Below, piece by piece: positions 27,086 to 39,769 of a DNA stretch of 64,000 nt (the first letter of the stretch is position 1; the number at the start of each line of letters is the position of its first letter). The stretch is from a virus (lineage: Duplodnaviria; Caudoviricetes). The position numbers and the translations under genes are program-made. Below the pieces are notes generated by a model that ran no database searches, had not been told where the DNA came from, and saw only the letters and a program-made list of their open reading frames with translations. Location of the stretch: positions 39,415 to 103,414 of IMG/VR virus record IMGVR_UViG_3300028888_000078; one strand, written 5' to 3'.

Positions 27086-30000
27086 GACATTCTAAATTTC
27101 GTTGTTATATATTGCAATGAGAAGTCAGTGGAGTTGTAATCCGAAGCCATTTCACATTGCATTGTTTTTCCTCGCATTCTATTTCCGTACTCTATATTTG
27201 AGTCTTGTGAACCATTTCTAGGTATAGCCAATCTATAATCATATTCATCTACACTAGTAGACTTATCTCCACGTATAGCAGATTTCTATTTAAGCGGCGT
27301 TTCAAATGTAAACGTAAGATGATGCATTGGAGAATTTAAATGTTCGTCTTTGACATATTCTCCAGGAACTCTTTCCATCTACCAATTTGCTATGGTTTGT
27401 AAACTACCTTTATACATTCTACCACCAAATGTAAGATTGTCAAATGTTTTAGTGTATATGTTGTTCTTATTTACAACTATACGCACTTTAGGGAATGCAG
27501 GTTTGTCAAATAGATAAGTATAACCATCTTCATCTTGCTGATTCTGACGATATATTAAATTTTCTTTTGCAAGATACAAATCATTACCTATAGATGCTCT
27601 ATACTGCGGCATAAACGTATATATAGAAGAGAACGCTTGAATTTGTTCATTATACACTAACGTTTCGTCACTGACAACCTGTGCGAGTACTTCGTCATAT
27701 TTTGTATCGTATGCAAGTATAGGACGTTCAGATTCTTCTCTTTGGTTTATATAATTAGTAACACCTTTTATTTTAGTAAGTGGAACAAGTTCCATTCCAC
27801 CTCCATATGCAAGTATTTCTTTGTTATATCCATCCCACCAGTATTGTGTGCTATTTGATTGTATTTCTGCGTCATACTGATTAGGTTTCATTCCATATAC
27901 AGTAGATATATAGTCATACCTCTAAAGAGTTCCGCCTGTACCTACAACAATATCATTATTCTCAATATCGTTTAATACAGTACGTTCGTTTACACTAAGT
28001 ATACCAGTAGCATGTTCTTGCCAGAATAAAAGTTTATCTTTAAACAAACGCATGTTGGTTATTTGTCCAAATCTGCTATCTACGTCTATATAATTATTAT
28101 CATCAAACTTCAACCAGCTATCTATATGCTCATTGTTTGTTTTTGGATCAGAATGTTTAACTCTACAATCAAACGTGTCTGTATCTATTTTTGTGTATTC
28201 TATAGATACATATGGTACAGCAGTAGGATCTGAATTATATGATGTATTATACCTATATGCGGCTGTTGTTTGAGTGTATTCTTCTATTTTGTCAGCCTGG
28301 TCCTAGAACCAATATGGTTCAACGATATTTGATTCCAAATTTGGGATAAGATATCCAAATGTTCCAGATAAATCTATATCAGAATATAATGGTACGGATT
28401 GTATATTTGCCTAAGCAACAGCGTTTCCAAGTCCGCCTTCACACCATGCGTGAGAAGCATTATATATAAACACACCAGGAAAACAATCTCCATCGTATAT
28501 ATCGTAATCTTTTGTACCAGTGTCAACAGATATTACATTTCCATGAGATATATATTTTGAAGATTTTATAGTACTCTATCCTCCGTAAGGATTCAATACG
28601 TCTTTTTTTATTGATACTATATCCAATCCTATATTTGTAGCTGCGTTTTCGTAAAAGTTACCACCTGACGTTTTTTCAAAAATTATACATTCACCAGTAC
28701 TGCCAACAGGATATGTAAAACTTCCGTTTCTAGACTAAAACATAAGAGTATTAGTAATATACCCACTATCATGTTGTTCCCAATCCGGTTCAGGATCGTC
28801 CACTTTTGCTTTTATTCTATCCTATTTTAATTCTGACGCATCGTTTGAATCAATTTCATATGCTATGGGTATGATCCAATTAAGATAATCAAAACTTCCT
28901 TTTTCAGAAAACGATTCGGAACCATTAAACGTAGGAGGATTCATAGTACTATCGAATAAATCTCCCGCCTTTGGTACTATTGCGTAAGTAGTTTTATTTA
29001 CATCAACATTATTTATAGTACTTTCAACATTAAATGTTGTAACAAACTCAGAAGAACTCATATATACTTTTGGATTATAATTCTATCCCTGCTCTATCTC
29101 CCTTTTGTTTATGTATATATGGTAATAATCTTGATCAATACTATCATACGCAAGCCTTGCAAAATATGTAGCTATCCACGATGTATGTATATATGTAACT
29201 GTACCATTATCCCAATCTTCGTACGGTGGCTATGTGTTACCTTCCCCATTGTATCTAGCATACAGCCATTTATACAATTCGTTTATATCATTCGGTGTTT
29301 TATACACACAATACGGCACGCCGTAATCATACTATGTTCGTTTACTATAAATTCTACGCGCGTTTATCTAATACGGTTCATAGTTTCCATATTGCTAATA
29401 TTGATATGTTGCAGTATCTGCGACTCCATCAAGAGTTAAATAAAAATTTCCACTACTTAATATATCTTTAATATCGTCTTTCTGGTATACATATTCTGGC
29501 GAAGTAAATATCAGTTTGTTATTGTCGCTTACTGCAATTTTTGACTATATTCTCATAAACTTAGAACGCTATTCGTCATCCTATCTAATATTGCCTGTTA
29601 CAGCAAATCTATTTGTTGATATAAGTCCAGGCGAACATACAACTCCTTGATCCTGTACATATTCGTCAAATGCATCCTTATCCCAAATACGTAGTGGGTA
29701 TCCACCTATACCTTGTGTTATAGTCCTTCTATCTGATATTGTACGTTTACATCTTACAATTTCTATAGCTTTACAATCTGGGCATTCTTGTAATATTCCG
29801 TCCCAATTAACTTCAAATTTAATACCTATAAGTTTAAACTGATAGAAATTACTACTAGGATCATCATTATAATAATGTATAGAGTATACAGAATTATCTG
29901 ATATTTCATTCTACAGATCTATATCTGCTATATGTTTTACAGACGTGTGATTTCCATCACTGTCATACAACACAACACCATAGCGATATACTTCTCCGAG

Positions 30001-31125
30001 ACGCAACGATTTAAACTAATCTTTAACATTACCGCTAGTCATCGAATATCGCTTTTCGTTTCTGTTGCTTACATAGACGGGTTTGTTTGTTATCTACCAA
30101 GATATGTATTGTGCAACATCGATTTTGTCATACTTACTATCTATTTTACTTTGTACATCGTTTATATTTGCCTAAAATAGATAATCATTCTTTGACTCTA
30201 TTACTCTTGGTACCGTATTGAAATCTATATATGACAAAAACGTAGAATATGATACATTGTCATCCACGTCATTTTGTCCTGTATCAGTAAAGCTATTTAT
30301 ATACACGCCATCATATATAAGAGATACATGTGGATTAGAATCTTGTGATATATATGATATTCTAAATATCTAAAGATGATCTGATTCGTACGAGTTTGTT
30401 GGTATATTTATAACCACGGATTGGTTTATATTGTATACCAAATCTGCAGAGGCTTCATATCCTTTATTATATTCGCTGTATAACGTGAGTACTTTACTCA
30501 ATGGAGATAGTGTAGTAGTAGATCCACCAAGTTTGTATAATCTGTACGCATATTGTATTTTTGGGGCATTTAGATTTCCGCCACCTTGTTGTATTGTAAG
30601 TATAGGTTGTTCAAGAAAAGTATTTATTATACCTTGTATGGATTTATTTCCGATATGAGTTACATAATCTCCATTATCGTTCTTCTCTGTAATATTTACA
30701 TACATCAAAGGATGCTTAGCGTCAGCTATATATAATTTGACATTATTATCAGATTCCCATCTTGTAACAAGACTTAAATATGTTCCCCAACTATCACCAT
30801 CTTCGGATTCATATGTTATCCACCAATGACTAGGATTATCTGTATCATTTACTAATATATAACCTTTACCGCCATCTTCTGTAATAACAATTAACAAGTT
30901 ACGTATACTTGTCATTGCTTTTATTGTACCATACTGTTGTACGTACGCATACTAAGCAGTACCTTCTACCAGTCTAAGTTCTCCTGTATTTTCTTCTGTA
31001 TCTGTGGTTAATCTTACGTTTTCTGCATATCTATACTGACTACTATCCATTAAGGCATCTGATACGTCAGTATTCATGCCTTTAACAAAAGTATTTATTT
31101 GTTGTAAATCATTATTAATATCCAT
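27076..31125 (-). CDS. Tail muzzle / stabilization protein (~1349 aa, TAG=Gln)
   Basis: N-terminus MDINNDLQQINTFVKGMNTD..YRYAENVR and C-terminus YRLAIPR..YGNRMRGK typical of crAss muzzle proteins; fragments in one frame; TAA 27076. Confidence 0.85.
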
Positions 31126-32068
31126 AATAGTAGTCGTTGTATGTTATTTGTTCTCTGCCTATATTCTTAAAGAACGTATCATCACCATCCCAATCGGGTA
31201 CTAGTTTATTCCAATCGTTCTTTATATTCTGCATATCGTCTGCAGTAGGCATCATAGCTTCAGCATAAGCTTGATTTCTATAAAAGTTCCATTGAGACTA
31301 TGTATAGAAGTAAGTCTATTGTGCGTATTTTTGTGAATATTTAGAACTGCTTGTAGTAAGCTTACCAGACATAAACTTAGGGAATGTAAGCTTCATTACT
31401 ACATACCAGTATATAGCCTCCTAGTAAGAAGTAAGATCTGGTATCAATGGATAACCTCTTTCGTCTACTGCAATAGCTTTATATGAAAGTTTAATAAAGC
31501 CGTGTTTTTGATTTGTTACAATCCAACCCGGTTTAATAAAATACTCAGGCTTGTCTAACTTCCCATGCTTAAACATTCTATCCCAATACTTCATTGTGTT
31601 GATAGTATACAACTAATGCTAAGATGTTGGGAGTTTGTGCATCATTGGTTGATGATGTTCTGGCATACCTACAATCTCTTCTGTTACAGGAGGTTCAGGT
31701 ATAGCCATATTATATGGATCGTGATGGTAGACAAGGTTTCTATGAGGTGTTGGATGTGATTTGCGTTTAAATATTCCAGTCATAGTACTCATTGGCTTCC
31801 ACGGTCCTTCAGGATTCTAGGAATACGCAACACCATCGAGTACTTGTAAGTCCGCTGGGATGGGAACCTAATAGTCTTGTATCTTTAATATAGGTTCGCC
31901 GTCAGTCCCAGACTCTTTTGTGATATACTACATAGGAGCACCAATCTTGTCTACGGCTTCAAATATCCACTCTCTTATGTCTGTAGTACGCTACTTTATC
32001 TCTGTGGAATCTAAATCAGCCATAATCTTTGCAATGACTGATTCACACTTTGTATATTTGTATATCAT
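31115..32068 (-). CDS. Tail ring protein (R1-like, ~317 aa, TAG=Gln)
   Basis: MIYKYTKCESVIAKIMADLD..IREWIFEA..KLSYKAIAVDERGYPLIPD; directly upstream of the muzzle gene; TAA 31115. Confidence 0.75.
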
Positions 32069-32486
32069 TTATATCAATATAATCGTGTTTATTAAATATT
32101 AGTTGAGCTAATTTACGTTTATTCTATCTTACTAGGCTCAGCTAGTATTTATATCTATCTGGGAATGTCCTCGGGATCTTAGACCAGTATAATCTATATT
32201 TATATCCGTCAGAATGTTCATTCAAATGATAGATACGTTTATCATATTCTTTGCTGGCTTTATAGTCTACAGATAATGATTGTGCGGATAAACTCTTAGG
32301 TTTATACTTACCTACCTATATAAAACCAAGCCCAAAAGGCATTTTAAAGCCTTCTGAGCCTTCGAATATGTGTTCTAGAATAACTTTACACATTTCATCT
32401 AAAATGCGCTTGTAGAGGCTGTAATCCACCTCTACGGGCATTGTACGGTACATGTCCCTGAACGTGATGGATTGTTTACTCCTCAT
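32043..32486 (-). CDS. IHF/HU-like DNA-binding protein of crAss-like phages (~147 aa, TAG=Gln)
   Basis: FKMPFGLGFIQVGKYK..SVDYKASKEY..HLNEHSDGYKYRLYWSK; conserved position between ring genes; TGA 32043. Confidence 0.75.
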
Positions 32487-33195
32487 CGTCTTGTGGTCCA
32501 TGTGGTTTCACACTAGCTAAAGTAGCGTTGTTACTATCATCGCTAGGTCTATTCAGCATTACTGCCAATTCATTCTGGAAAATAAGCTTCTTGATATCAG
32601 GAACCATCCAGGTTGGGATTTGTACATCATCCTCATCTTCTGCGTCAGTATCGTCAGTGTCATCGTCTACTTCATATATGGCTTCTAAGTATATATACTA
32701 CAGTTGATCTTGATCTTGCAATCCTTGTATGTATATGTGTTTATCACCATTAAAATAACCGGTGATCTCTCCGAATGTATACTTGCGGAAATATTGATAG
32801 TGACGACGTATTGGATTCATATACTGAATATTCTCACCGCTCTCATCCCTTATTGCTATGATACTAGATGCTGTGTTTGAGAACAAACCGTCTATTTCGT
32901 CTACAGTACGTTTTGTGAAGCTGTCTCTATCTTCGTCTTTAGATTCTACTTTTTCTAATGCCAATGGGCCTATCTCTTTGATCTTAATAAACTCATCGTC
33001 TATCATATCAAGTAGATCCAGTACTTTTGCTTTCTCTTTAAGTTCATCAAGACGCTTCTTCCATAACATTCGCCTATAGTGATTTACCCAAGCACCAACC
33101 TACGCTCTAGAGAAGTCTTCGCTTTCGCTAATATTGTTGTTCCTGACCAAAAGAAGTATATCATCTATTATTTCTTTTAGGCTTGTTGTGTTCAT
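32476..33195 (-). CDS. Tail ring/tubular protein (R2-like, ~239 aa, TAG=Gln)
   Basis: MNTTSLKEIIDDILLLVRNNNISESEDFSRAQ...IPTWMVPDIKKLIF..PSDDSNNA; TAA 32476. Confidence 0.75.
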
Positions 33196-33851
33196 TTTGT
33201 TGTATTTTGTACCACTCTTACATCCGTTGTCTCAATTAAGTCGTTCGTATTCTTTATTTTATACGTTGTCTTATGTACTTTCTTAAAATCAAATGTAAGT
33301 AGTCGCTTTATAAAACTCTTCTTATTCTTATATTCTTTAGTATCAAATACATATAGATATTGCTCATTCCTAATATCTAAGCCTATACTAACTGTATCTT
33401 TACTAATACTATAAGTTACTGTTGTAAGGTCGTTGAAGTTTATTGTATCGTTGTATATACTATCTTTAATAGATATAATATCACCCCCTACCCCCTTACT
33501 TTCTATAACGTTTATAGACTGCGTTTGAGTTGCAGCAGTCTAAACTTGTTTTGGTTTAATACTTAACTTAGACCTAACGCTATCTAACTTATGCAATATA
33601 TCGTCGTTCTAAGCCGTTAATTGTTTTATATTTAGCCTTAAAACATTATTAGCCTACTAGGAGTCGGCAACCAACCCCTAATAGGCTTCAATGTTGTTCT
33701 GAGCCATTTCTAGCTCCTGTGACAGCTTTATATTCTGTCTGTGGGTATTTATACCCCACGCCAGTAATAACGCAACAGAAGCCACGCAAATGGCCTTAAT
33801 GGCGCTTCTTCCGTGGTTTATGACCCACGGTATGATCGTCAGTATGTTCAT
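33192..33851 (-). CDS. Putative spanin (Rz-like, ~219 aa, 5 in-frame TAG); absent from ORF track
   Basis: N-terminal hydrophobic helix AIKAICVASVALLLAWGI followed by coiled coil; overlaps the holin end; TGA 33192 overlaps next ATG. Confidence 0.6.
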
Positions 33852-34335
33852 CTTCGTTTAATTCTATTCCTGTATAATCCTCGCCCTTTTTCTTAAGGAA
33901 TTTACCTAAAAGCTTCCAAGGGCCATTAGGATCTACAGTATTCAGATTCTCTAATATAGACCACATTTCGGTCAGCGTAATAATGATTGTAGCACCTCCA
34001 GTAAGCACAAATACACCAGATTCATCCATCACAGCCCATTCTAAGCCGTGTGCCAAACATATTATTGTAAATTCATCAATAAGTTTTCTTAGCGTACCTG
34101 ACCAATTCTTACCACTTTCTATCTTCTATTTAAACTTCCTAGCCACCCTAAATCCGCATATCATATCAACGATAGTGGCGGCGAAGCATATCATCAACAA
34201 ATACTATATTGGGGTCAAAAACGCAGTTATGGCTGAAGTCAACCCTATTACCCATTTACCAATTATACTGCCTTGTGTTATACTATTTACTGCAGTACCT
34301 ATGTGCTATAGTGTTTGTGACAAGTGTTTAATCAT
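33796..34335 (-). CDS. Holin, Phage_holin_4_1-like (~179 aa, 3 in-frame TAG)
   Basis: Several hydrophobic segments; VDMICGFRVA..IES..LRK and EMWSILENL patterns; charged C-tail; TAATG overlap with upstream gene. Confidence 0.8.
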
Positions 34336-35969
34336 TATGCAATTGTAAATGCTATATCGGCATATTCAGGAGAAGAGTTTCCGCTTCTCACGCTTTGATC
34401 AGATATTATTTGACGCAATCTAAATCTATGAGTACCTTGCGAACATCCAGTAAAGTCTATAGTAAACGTTCCGCTAGATATATCAACTCCGCTGCTCGGT
34501 GTGATAGTTGTTCCACTTATAACATAACTATTTTCTATAGAACCTTCACCTATAGACACATTGAAAGGCACATTTGTGCTTCCATCTGAAGATTGCACAT
34601 TTACAACAACTGTTGCGTTCTATGGAGTTGTTATAGCATTAAACGTACGTACTTTACTTGCACCAACACCTTGCCATACAAAGTCTGCTAGTTGTTGATT
34701 ATTTATAGAATATTGATTAGGATAGAATACGGGACATATTCCGTTTTCTTCTGGTTGTATTATATCAACAGATACTCGATCGATTCCTTGGTAATAGTAG
34801 TTTATTATAGCAACCGTCGCACACCGACTAATGGTTTTTTCTGCAACTGTTGATACAGAATCAATATCTGCAGCAATAATATTCATATTTCCGCACGATT
34901 TAAAACTTGTTTTTCCACATAAAGCAGAATTTCCTCCATCTGCGCTTGCAAAAACGTCTACGGTATAACTATTTCTTATAGGAACGGGTATTTTTCTACT
35001 TTCACTTCCAATACCTTGCCAAGTTCCATAAACCATAAACGAAATACCACCTTCGCCAGGATTATAACCAGAATTTATCAAATTTCTTATCTTTGCGATG
35101 TCAATTTCTACTTTAGACCCAGAAGTCACAACACTAGAAGCGAGAGTTTTTACAGTATCGGGATCATCATCTCTCATGCCCATTACAGTATTATTTGCAA
35201 AAATAATACTAGTCATGTCCTACTAACTGCACTGTGTGGCAAGATTTGTGTATGTCATATTTTCCACAGTGGTAGATGTAGCGGTCAGGGTAAGTTTATT
35301 TATATTATCATATGTAACTCTACTAGTAGAGCTATCTGCTTGATAAAAAAGAATTCTTGTTTTTTCACATACAGTATTACAAATAGAAACACCCTATTGT
35401 TCAGCAGCTTGTCTTATAGTAGCCATTTCCTCAGTATTAGTATTCGGAGAAGCTATTACCGTTACATAAGCCTATCTATTTGAACTGCTAGCATCTGCAT
35501 ATACCTCTATTCCTTCATCCCACAAATACCCGTTGTTTCCGTGACACGAGGTATTGCTTTTGCGAAGTATATGTAGCCAATCAAGTCCTTCAGAGCTTTT
35601 TCCATTCCACCAATCAGAACTTCCATCCTATTCAAATCCTTCAAACGTATAGTTATATCCAGCCAAATACGAGTCTCCGCTATGATTTCCATTTAACGGA
35701 AGCCTCATACGACTACTATCGCACGGATATGTGCATACAATACTATAACCGCTTTGTTCAATAGGCCATACAGGAACAAGTCTGCTATTTGGGAATGATT
35801 GTCCTGGATTAGCACTTTCAAATTGTTCCATCATATTTTCGTCGGTTCCGTTGCGCAATGCAACTGTTTTTGACACACATCTTTCGGGCGGTATTTCTGC
35901 ACTAATGAGAAGAGAGTTCATTCCGGGATCTCCTGTAGGCGTATCGCCGTAAGTTACCATTCTTAACAT
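34335..35969 (-). CDS. Beta-rich putative virion adhesin/structural protein with BACON-like segment (~544 aa, TAG=Gln)
   Basis: Three fragments in frame; DWLHI...IEVYADASSSNRQAYVTVIA..TIRQAA resembles BACON; TAA 34335. Confidence 0.6.
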
Positions 35970-35970
35970 A

Positions 35971-36378
35971 TTACTATATTATTATTTTACATCCTTCTTT
36001 AGAAAGACATCCTTTCTTAATCAAAGGGTAAAGTTTATTTACTGTAGCTCTAGAGTTTAATACCATTCCTTTTTGTTTGTTCTCTCCGACTATAATACAA
36101 CCAAGACTATCTTTGGCAGTATTACCGGAGTGTATTCGTATACCTGCAAAATGCGGTACATCTTCTAATAGAGGCATATATTTCTTAAACTTAGGAGAAT
36201 ATGTCCAGCTTACTTTATATGTCCCATACGGAATAGCTGTCTCTCCATATACTTTCTTTTCTTTGTCTAAGTTGCGCACTTTATCTTCTATTGTGTCGCA
36301 TCGATATACGCCATCTATGTAAAGTTTACCTATTGTGTAAGTATCTCTAAGAGCAATTCTCTTCAATAATAACGTCAT
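35971..36378 (-). CDS. DUF5675-family protein (L,D-transpeptidase-like), candidate endolysin (~135 aa)
   Basis: LLLKRI..YTIGKLYIDG..CDTIED..TAIPYGTYKV..GIRIHSGN..SLGCIIVG; ends TAG-TAA. Confidence 0.8.
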
Positions 36379-37124
36379 GATTGCGGATTATTCACGCTTC
36401 TGTCAAAGAAACCTTGATCGCTATATACTTTAGCGTTACTATTCTTTGGGCATATTCCATCTCCAGAAGTTGTCCACAAACAAGTATCTGTACCTCCATC
36501 TTCAAGAGCAATGATTCTATTTCTTAAATCATTCACTTCTGCAGCAAGATTAAGAATAAAATCAATAATGTTATCTTTGAACACAGGAGTATTACCTCCA
36601 TTTGGATATAGGGGTACAGCCTTCAATTCGTCCTTACGATCATCATAGTTATCCGGATTTGCTCCAATTATGCCATCTTTACCATCGGCATCCTCACCCT
36701 TTAACCATTTATCGTCATATGGCTCTCCGCCAATAGGAACAAGATTGTCATTATCATCATGTGTGTATGGATTCTCAATAATGGTTATCGGCTTATCGTC
36801 AACACCACCACCGGTTTCGTCATAAACAATATCTGTAACACGTTTATTGATTTCATCCTGGAAACGTTCCCACTCTTTCATATTTGGATCATCTTGCCTA
36901 AATCTACCGTCATGCAGTTGATAAGCATATGCGAGCGCACCATTATGTCCTTCTTCTGTTATGTTACTAGGCCAATTCTTGGCTTTACAGGGATCATGCT
37001 ATTCGTCTCTAGCATCTTTCAACTTATCGTCGATCGTAACATTTACAAGCGTGCCATATATTTTGATTTCGCTGTTATCTCCACAGCTATTGCCTTTTGA
37101 GCAATTACAACAATTACAATTCAT
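36375..37124 (-). CDS. Putative tail hub/fibre-associated protein with Cys-rich N-terminus (~249 aa, 1 TAG)
   Basis: MNCNCCNCSKGNSCGDNSEIKIYGTLVN; ATGA overlaps at both ends. Confidence 0.65.
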
Positions 37125-38491
37125 GCGTATACAAGTTTAAATTTAACATCATTACCTGTAGGGATAGCACCGCCACCTACAATAGGAGCTACGCTGCGAT
37201 ATACAAAGTAGTTGTCTACCTTCTTGTTGCCAGGAACTACAGGAAATCTTACACTTGAAGAAACAATATCTTCTCCAAAAGACTTAATATATTTTATCTT
37301 ACGTTGAGACATGATATAAAGATATCCACCGCAAAGCGGATTATGTATATCAATAACGCCATCCAAAGCTTGACGCTTTTTAACATCCCATATATCTTCT
37401 CCTTTATACCAATTGTCCTTATCTTTACTGATGTTGTTAAAGGATCCGTCTGTAGAGAAACCTACATACAAGGGGATGACAGGATCTACTTTAACACAGA
37501 ACGAAGTTTGTACCTTACTACGACCTTCCCCGTACGATACTGTGATGCAAATAGGATCAGTCAAACAATGCGCGTGTAAAGTACCATTTTTATCTACTGT
37601 TACAGCACAGCTTGGAGATTCAAACTTAAGATTGTCATATTTCCAATCAAGAGGATTGTACAACAACGTACTACCATCTTTAAGCTTGACATAGATGCGA
37701 TATTCACTCTCATTAACATCTTGTTCACCTATTCTAAGATCTTGCCCCATCACAAGAGTATAACACTCATTGCTAAATTGTGTAGTATATATAGCTTCTA
37801 TTTCTGGCATATTCTTTCTATCGTCTCCCTTGGTATCTACATCGATAGTTATCGGGCCAGATTCACCACCTTCATCTACAAGTTGGAACACATCACCCTT
37901 GTCTATAGTATAAGTACGAAGGTTATGTTTGCCCCAACCTTTCTGGAATACAGTTATTACCACAACGAGTTTATATGTACCGCACATTATTTGATCAATA
38001 GCAGGGAACATGCACGCCAGGGTATTCTTTTCATTAAGTACCCAAGAATCAGCAAGGTACCAATGGCCTGGAAAGTGATCGTGTTCTGGATGCGGACCAT
38101 GCCAAAGCGAATGACCACAATGGTCGTGAAACCGCTCAGGACATATTCCAAATCCGCGGAACCCTGGCCACCAATGAAAATCATGAAAGTCTGGAGCGAA
38201 TCTGTCATAGTTGCATACGTTTGCTGGCTCCATATGGTAACTTGGAAATCCAGAATTGTTTATATTGTATGCAGTAGGACTATACATTTCGGGAAAACCT
38301 ACGCGCTTAAACTTCTTACGATCTTCTTTTTTAGGGGTATTAATTAAATAACACCTCACTTGTTTGATATTAGTCATATCCAAATCATTCACAGTAATAT
38401 TATACTGTGTACCATCATCTTCAACGATAGTAGATGTTGTGTTGATATTCAGAATAAGCCTAATATCGTTACCTATTCTTATTTTTCTCAT
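37121..38491 (-). CDS. Putative tail hub protein (456 aa, no TAG)
   Basis: MRKIRIGNDI start and CGTYKLVVV..LRTYTID segment; lies downstream of the auxiliary capsid gene; Ig-like C-terminal part. Confidence 0.7.
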   Translation of the reverse strand: MRKIRIGNDIRLILNINTTSTIVEDDGTQYNITVNDLDMTNIKQVRCYLINTPKKEDRKKFKRVGFPEMYSPTAYNINNSGFPSYHMEPANVCNYDRFAPDFHDFHWWPGFRGFGICPERFHDHCGHSLWHGPHPEHDHFPGHWYLADSWVLNEKNTLACMFPAIDQIMCGTYKLVVVITVFQKGWGKHNLRTYTIDKGDVFQLVDEGGESGPITIDVDTKGDDRKNMPEIEAIYTTQFSNECYTLVMGQDLRIGEQDVNESEYRIYVKLKDGSTLLYNPLDWKYDNLKFESPSCAVTVDKNGTLHAHCLTDPICITVSYGEGRSKVQTSFCVKVDPVIPLYVGFSTDGSFNNISKDKDNWYKGEDIWDVKKRQALDGVIDIHNPLCGGYLYIMSQRKIKYIKSFGEDIVSSSVRFPVVPGNKKVDNYFVYRSVAPIVGGGAIPTGNDVKFKLVYA

Positions 38492-38505
38492 ATTGCAATA
38501 TGTAA

Positions 38506-38541
38506 TAAAAAAGGCCAGGTTGGGCGTAGCCCACCCCAGCC
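38506..38541 (-). terminator. Intrinsic terminator after auxiliary capsid gene
   Basis: Minus strand GGCTGGGGTGGGC-TAC-GCCCAACCTGGCC followed by TTTTTT. Confidence 0.75.
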
Positions 38542-38561
38542 AGTTTTATATGTTTTGTTTA

Positions 38562-39692
38562 TCAATCTGCGAGCTTACCATCCCACTCGATGAAAGCTTC
38601 GAGAACATCTTTAAGATCCTCAAGCTGATCTTCGATACCATAGATCTCAACAGTCTGCTTGGTCTTACGGAAAATATCGTCTGCAGCACGATACATATTC
38701 TCAAACTCAAGCGTAATGGCATCGTAATGCTTATCAAGCTGTACTTCCATGTCAGGCTTGATGATCGGCCACGTACCGTTACCACGGTTCAGGATGCCCA
38801 GATAACCCATAGCCTGAGACTCACGATCACGAACCAGCTTAGCAGAAGCAGGATAGGTCTTACCAGGAGTTTTAACAATCACAACACCCTTCGGGAAGTT
38901 CTTATTCAAAGACTCCCAACCATCACCAGCGGGATCAGTCCAATAGATATTAGCATTGAAGCGAACCTTGTTAGCCCAGTTCAGCGTCTCAACAGCGTCG
39001 TCATCATCATAAGGCAGAGCGGTAATCTAAATTGCTTCGCCGTTTGCACCAGCAGCAAATGTACCAGGAGCACCACTCTGACCAGGAGTATAAGTACCAG
39101 TAACAACAGATACACGAGCACGCTTCCACTCACGGTTAATCATATCAGCAATAGCCTTTGCAATAGAAGCATTAGTCTCGTTCTTAGAAGTAACGTACTC
39201 ATAAGACTCAGTCCACTTACGATAGCGATGAGGCATATCCTTATAAGTCAGACGAACAACAATGCGCTTACCACCGTCGGTACCATTAGTAGTATCGACA
39301 AGTTTGCTCTCATCGAGGTTTGCGAAATCGATGACAACTGCATCTTCAGTGTCAGCCTGATAAGAAAGAACATTGTAGCTACGAACGTCCTTAGACTTGA
39401 TCTCGTTCGACCACTTAATGATAGGACGATACTCGGTAGATCCATCTGGCATGCGAACAGCGGTGTTCTTCTTGGTAACAATACCAATCTTAATCTTATT
39501 AATAGCACCTGCGTTAGCGGCAGTTACTTCGTACAGTTTATCTGCTGCAACATTGGGATCGCAGTTCATAATAATGAACTTGCCAGCATCAGCTGATGCA
39601 GTAGCCATATTGGCAGCTGCAGCGGGTTCTGCATCCAAAATAGCACCCGTAGCCAGATTGCTGACGAGCACAGTATTTACGTATGTAATCAT
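38562..39692 (-). CDS. Auxiliary capsid protein (~376 aa, 1 TAG)
   Basis: MITYVNTVLVS..RYRKWTESYEY..KLVRDRESQAMGYLG; fragments joined over TAG 39027; codon bias like the MCP gene; TGA 38562. Confidence 0.75.
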
Positions 39693-39769
39693 ATTATATT
39701 AATTAATTTATTCTACTCCCCCTATATTTCAATGTCTAGACCTAACTAGCTGGGGTTTCCACGTTTAAA

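Noticed and set aside
38364-39596. 410-aa plus-strand ORF
   Set aside because: Antisense shadow of the codon-biased auxiliary capsid gene; I/L/S/T-rich with no motifs, and it crosses a terminator.
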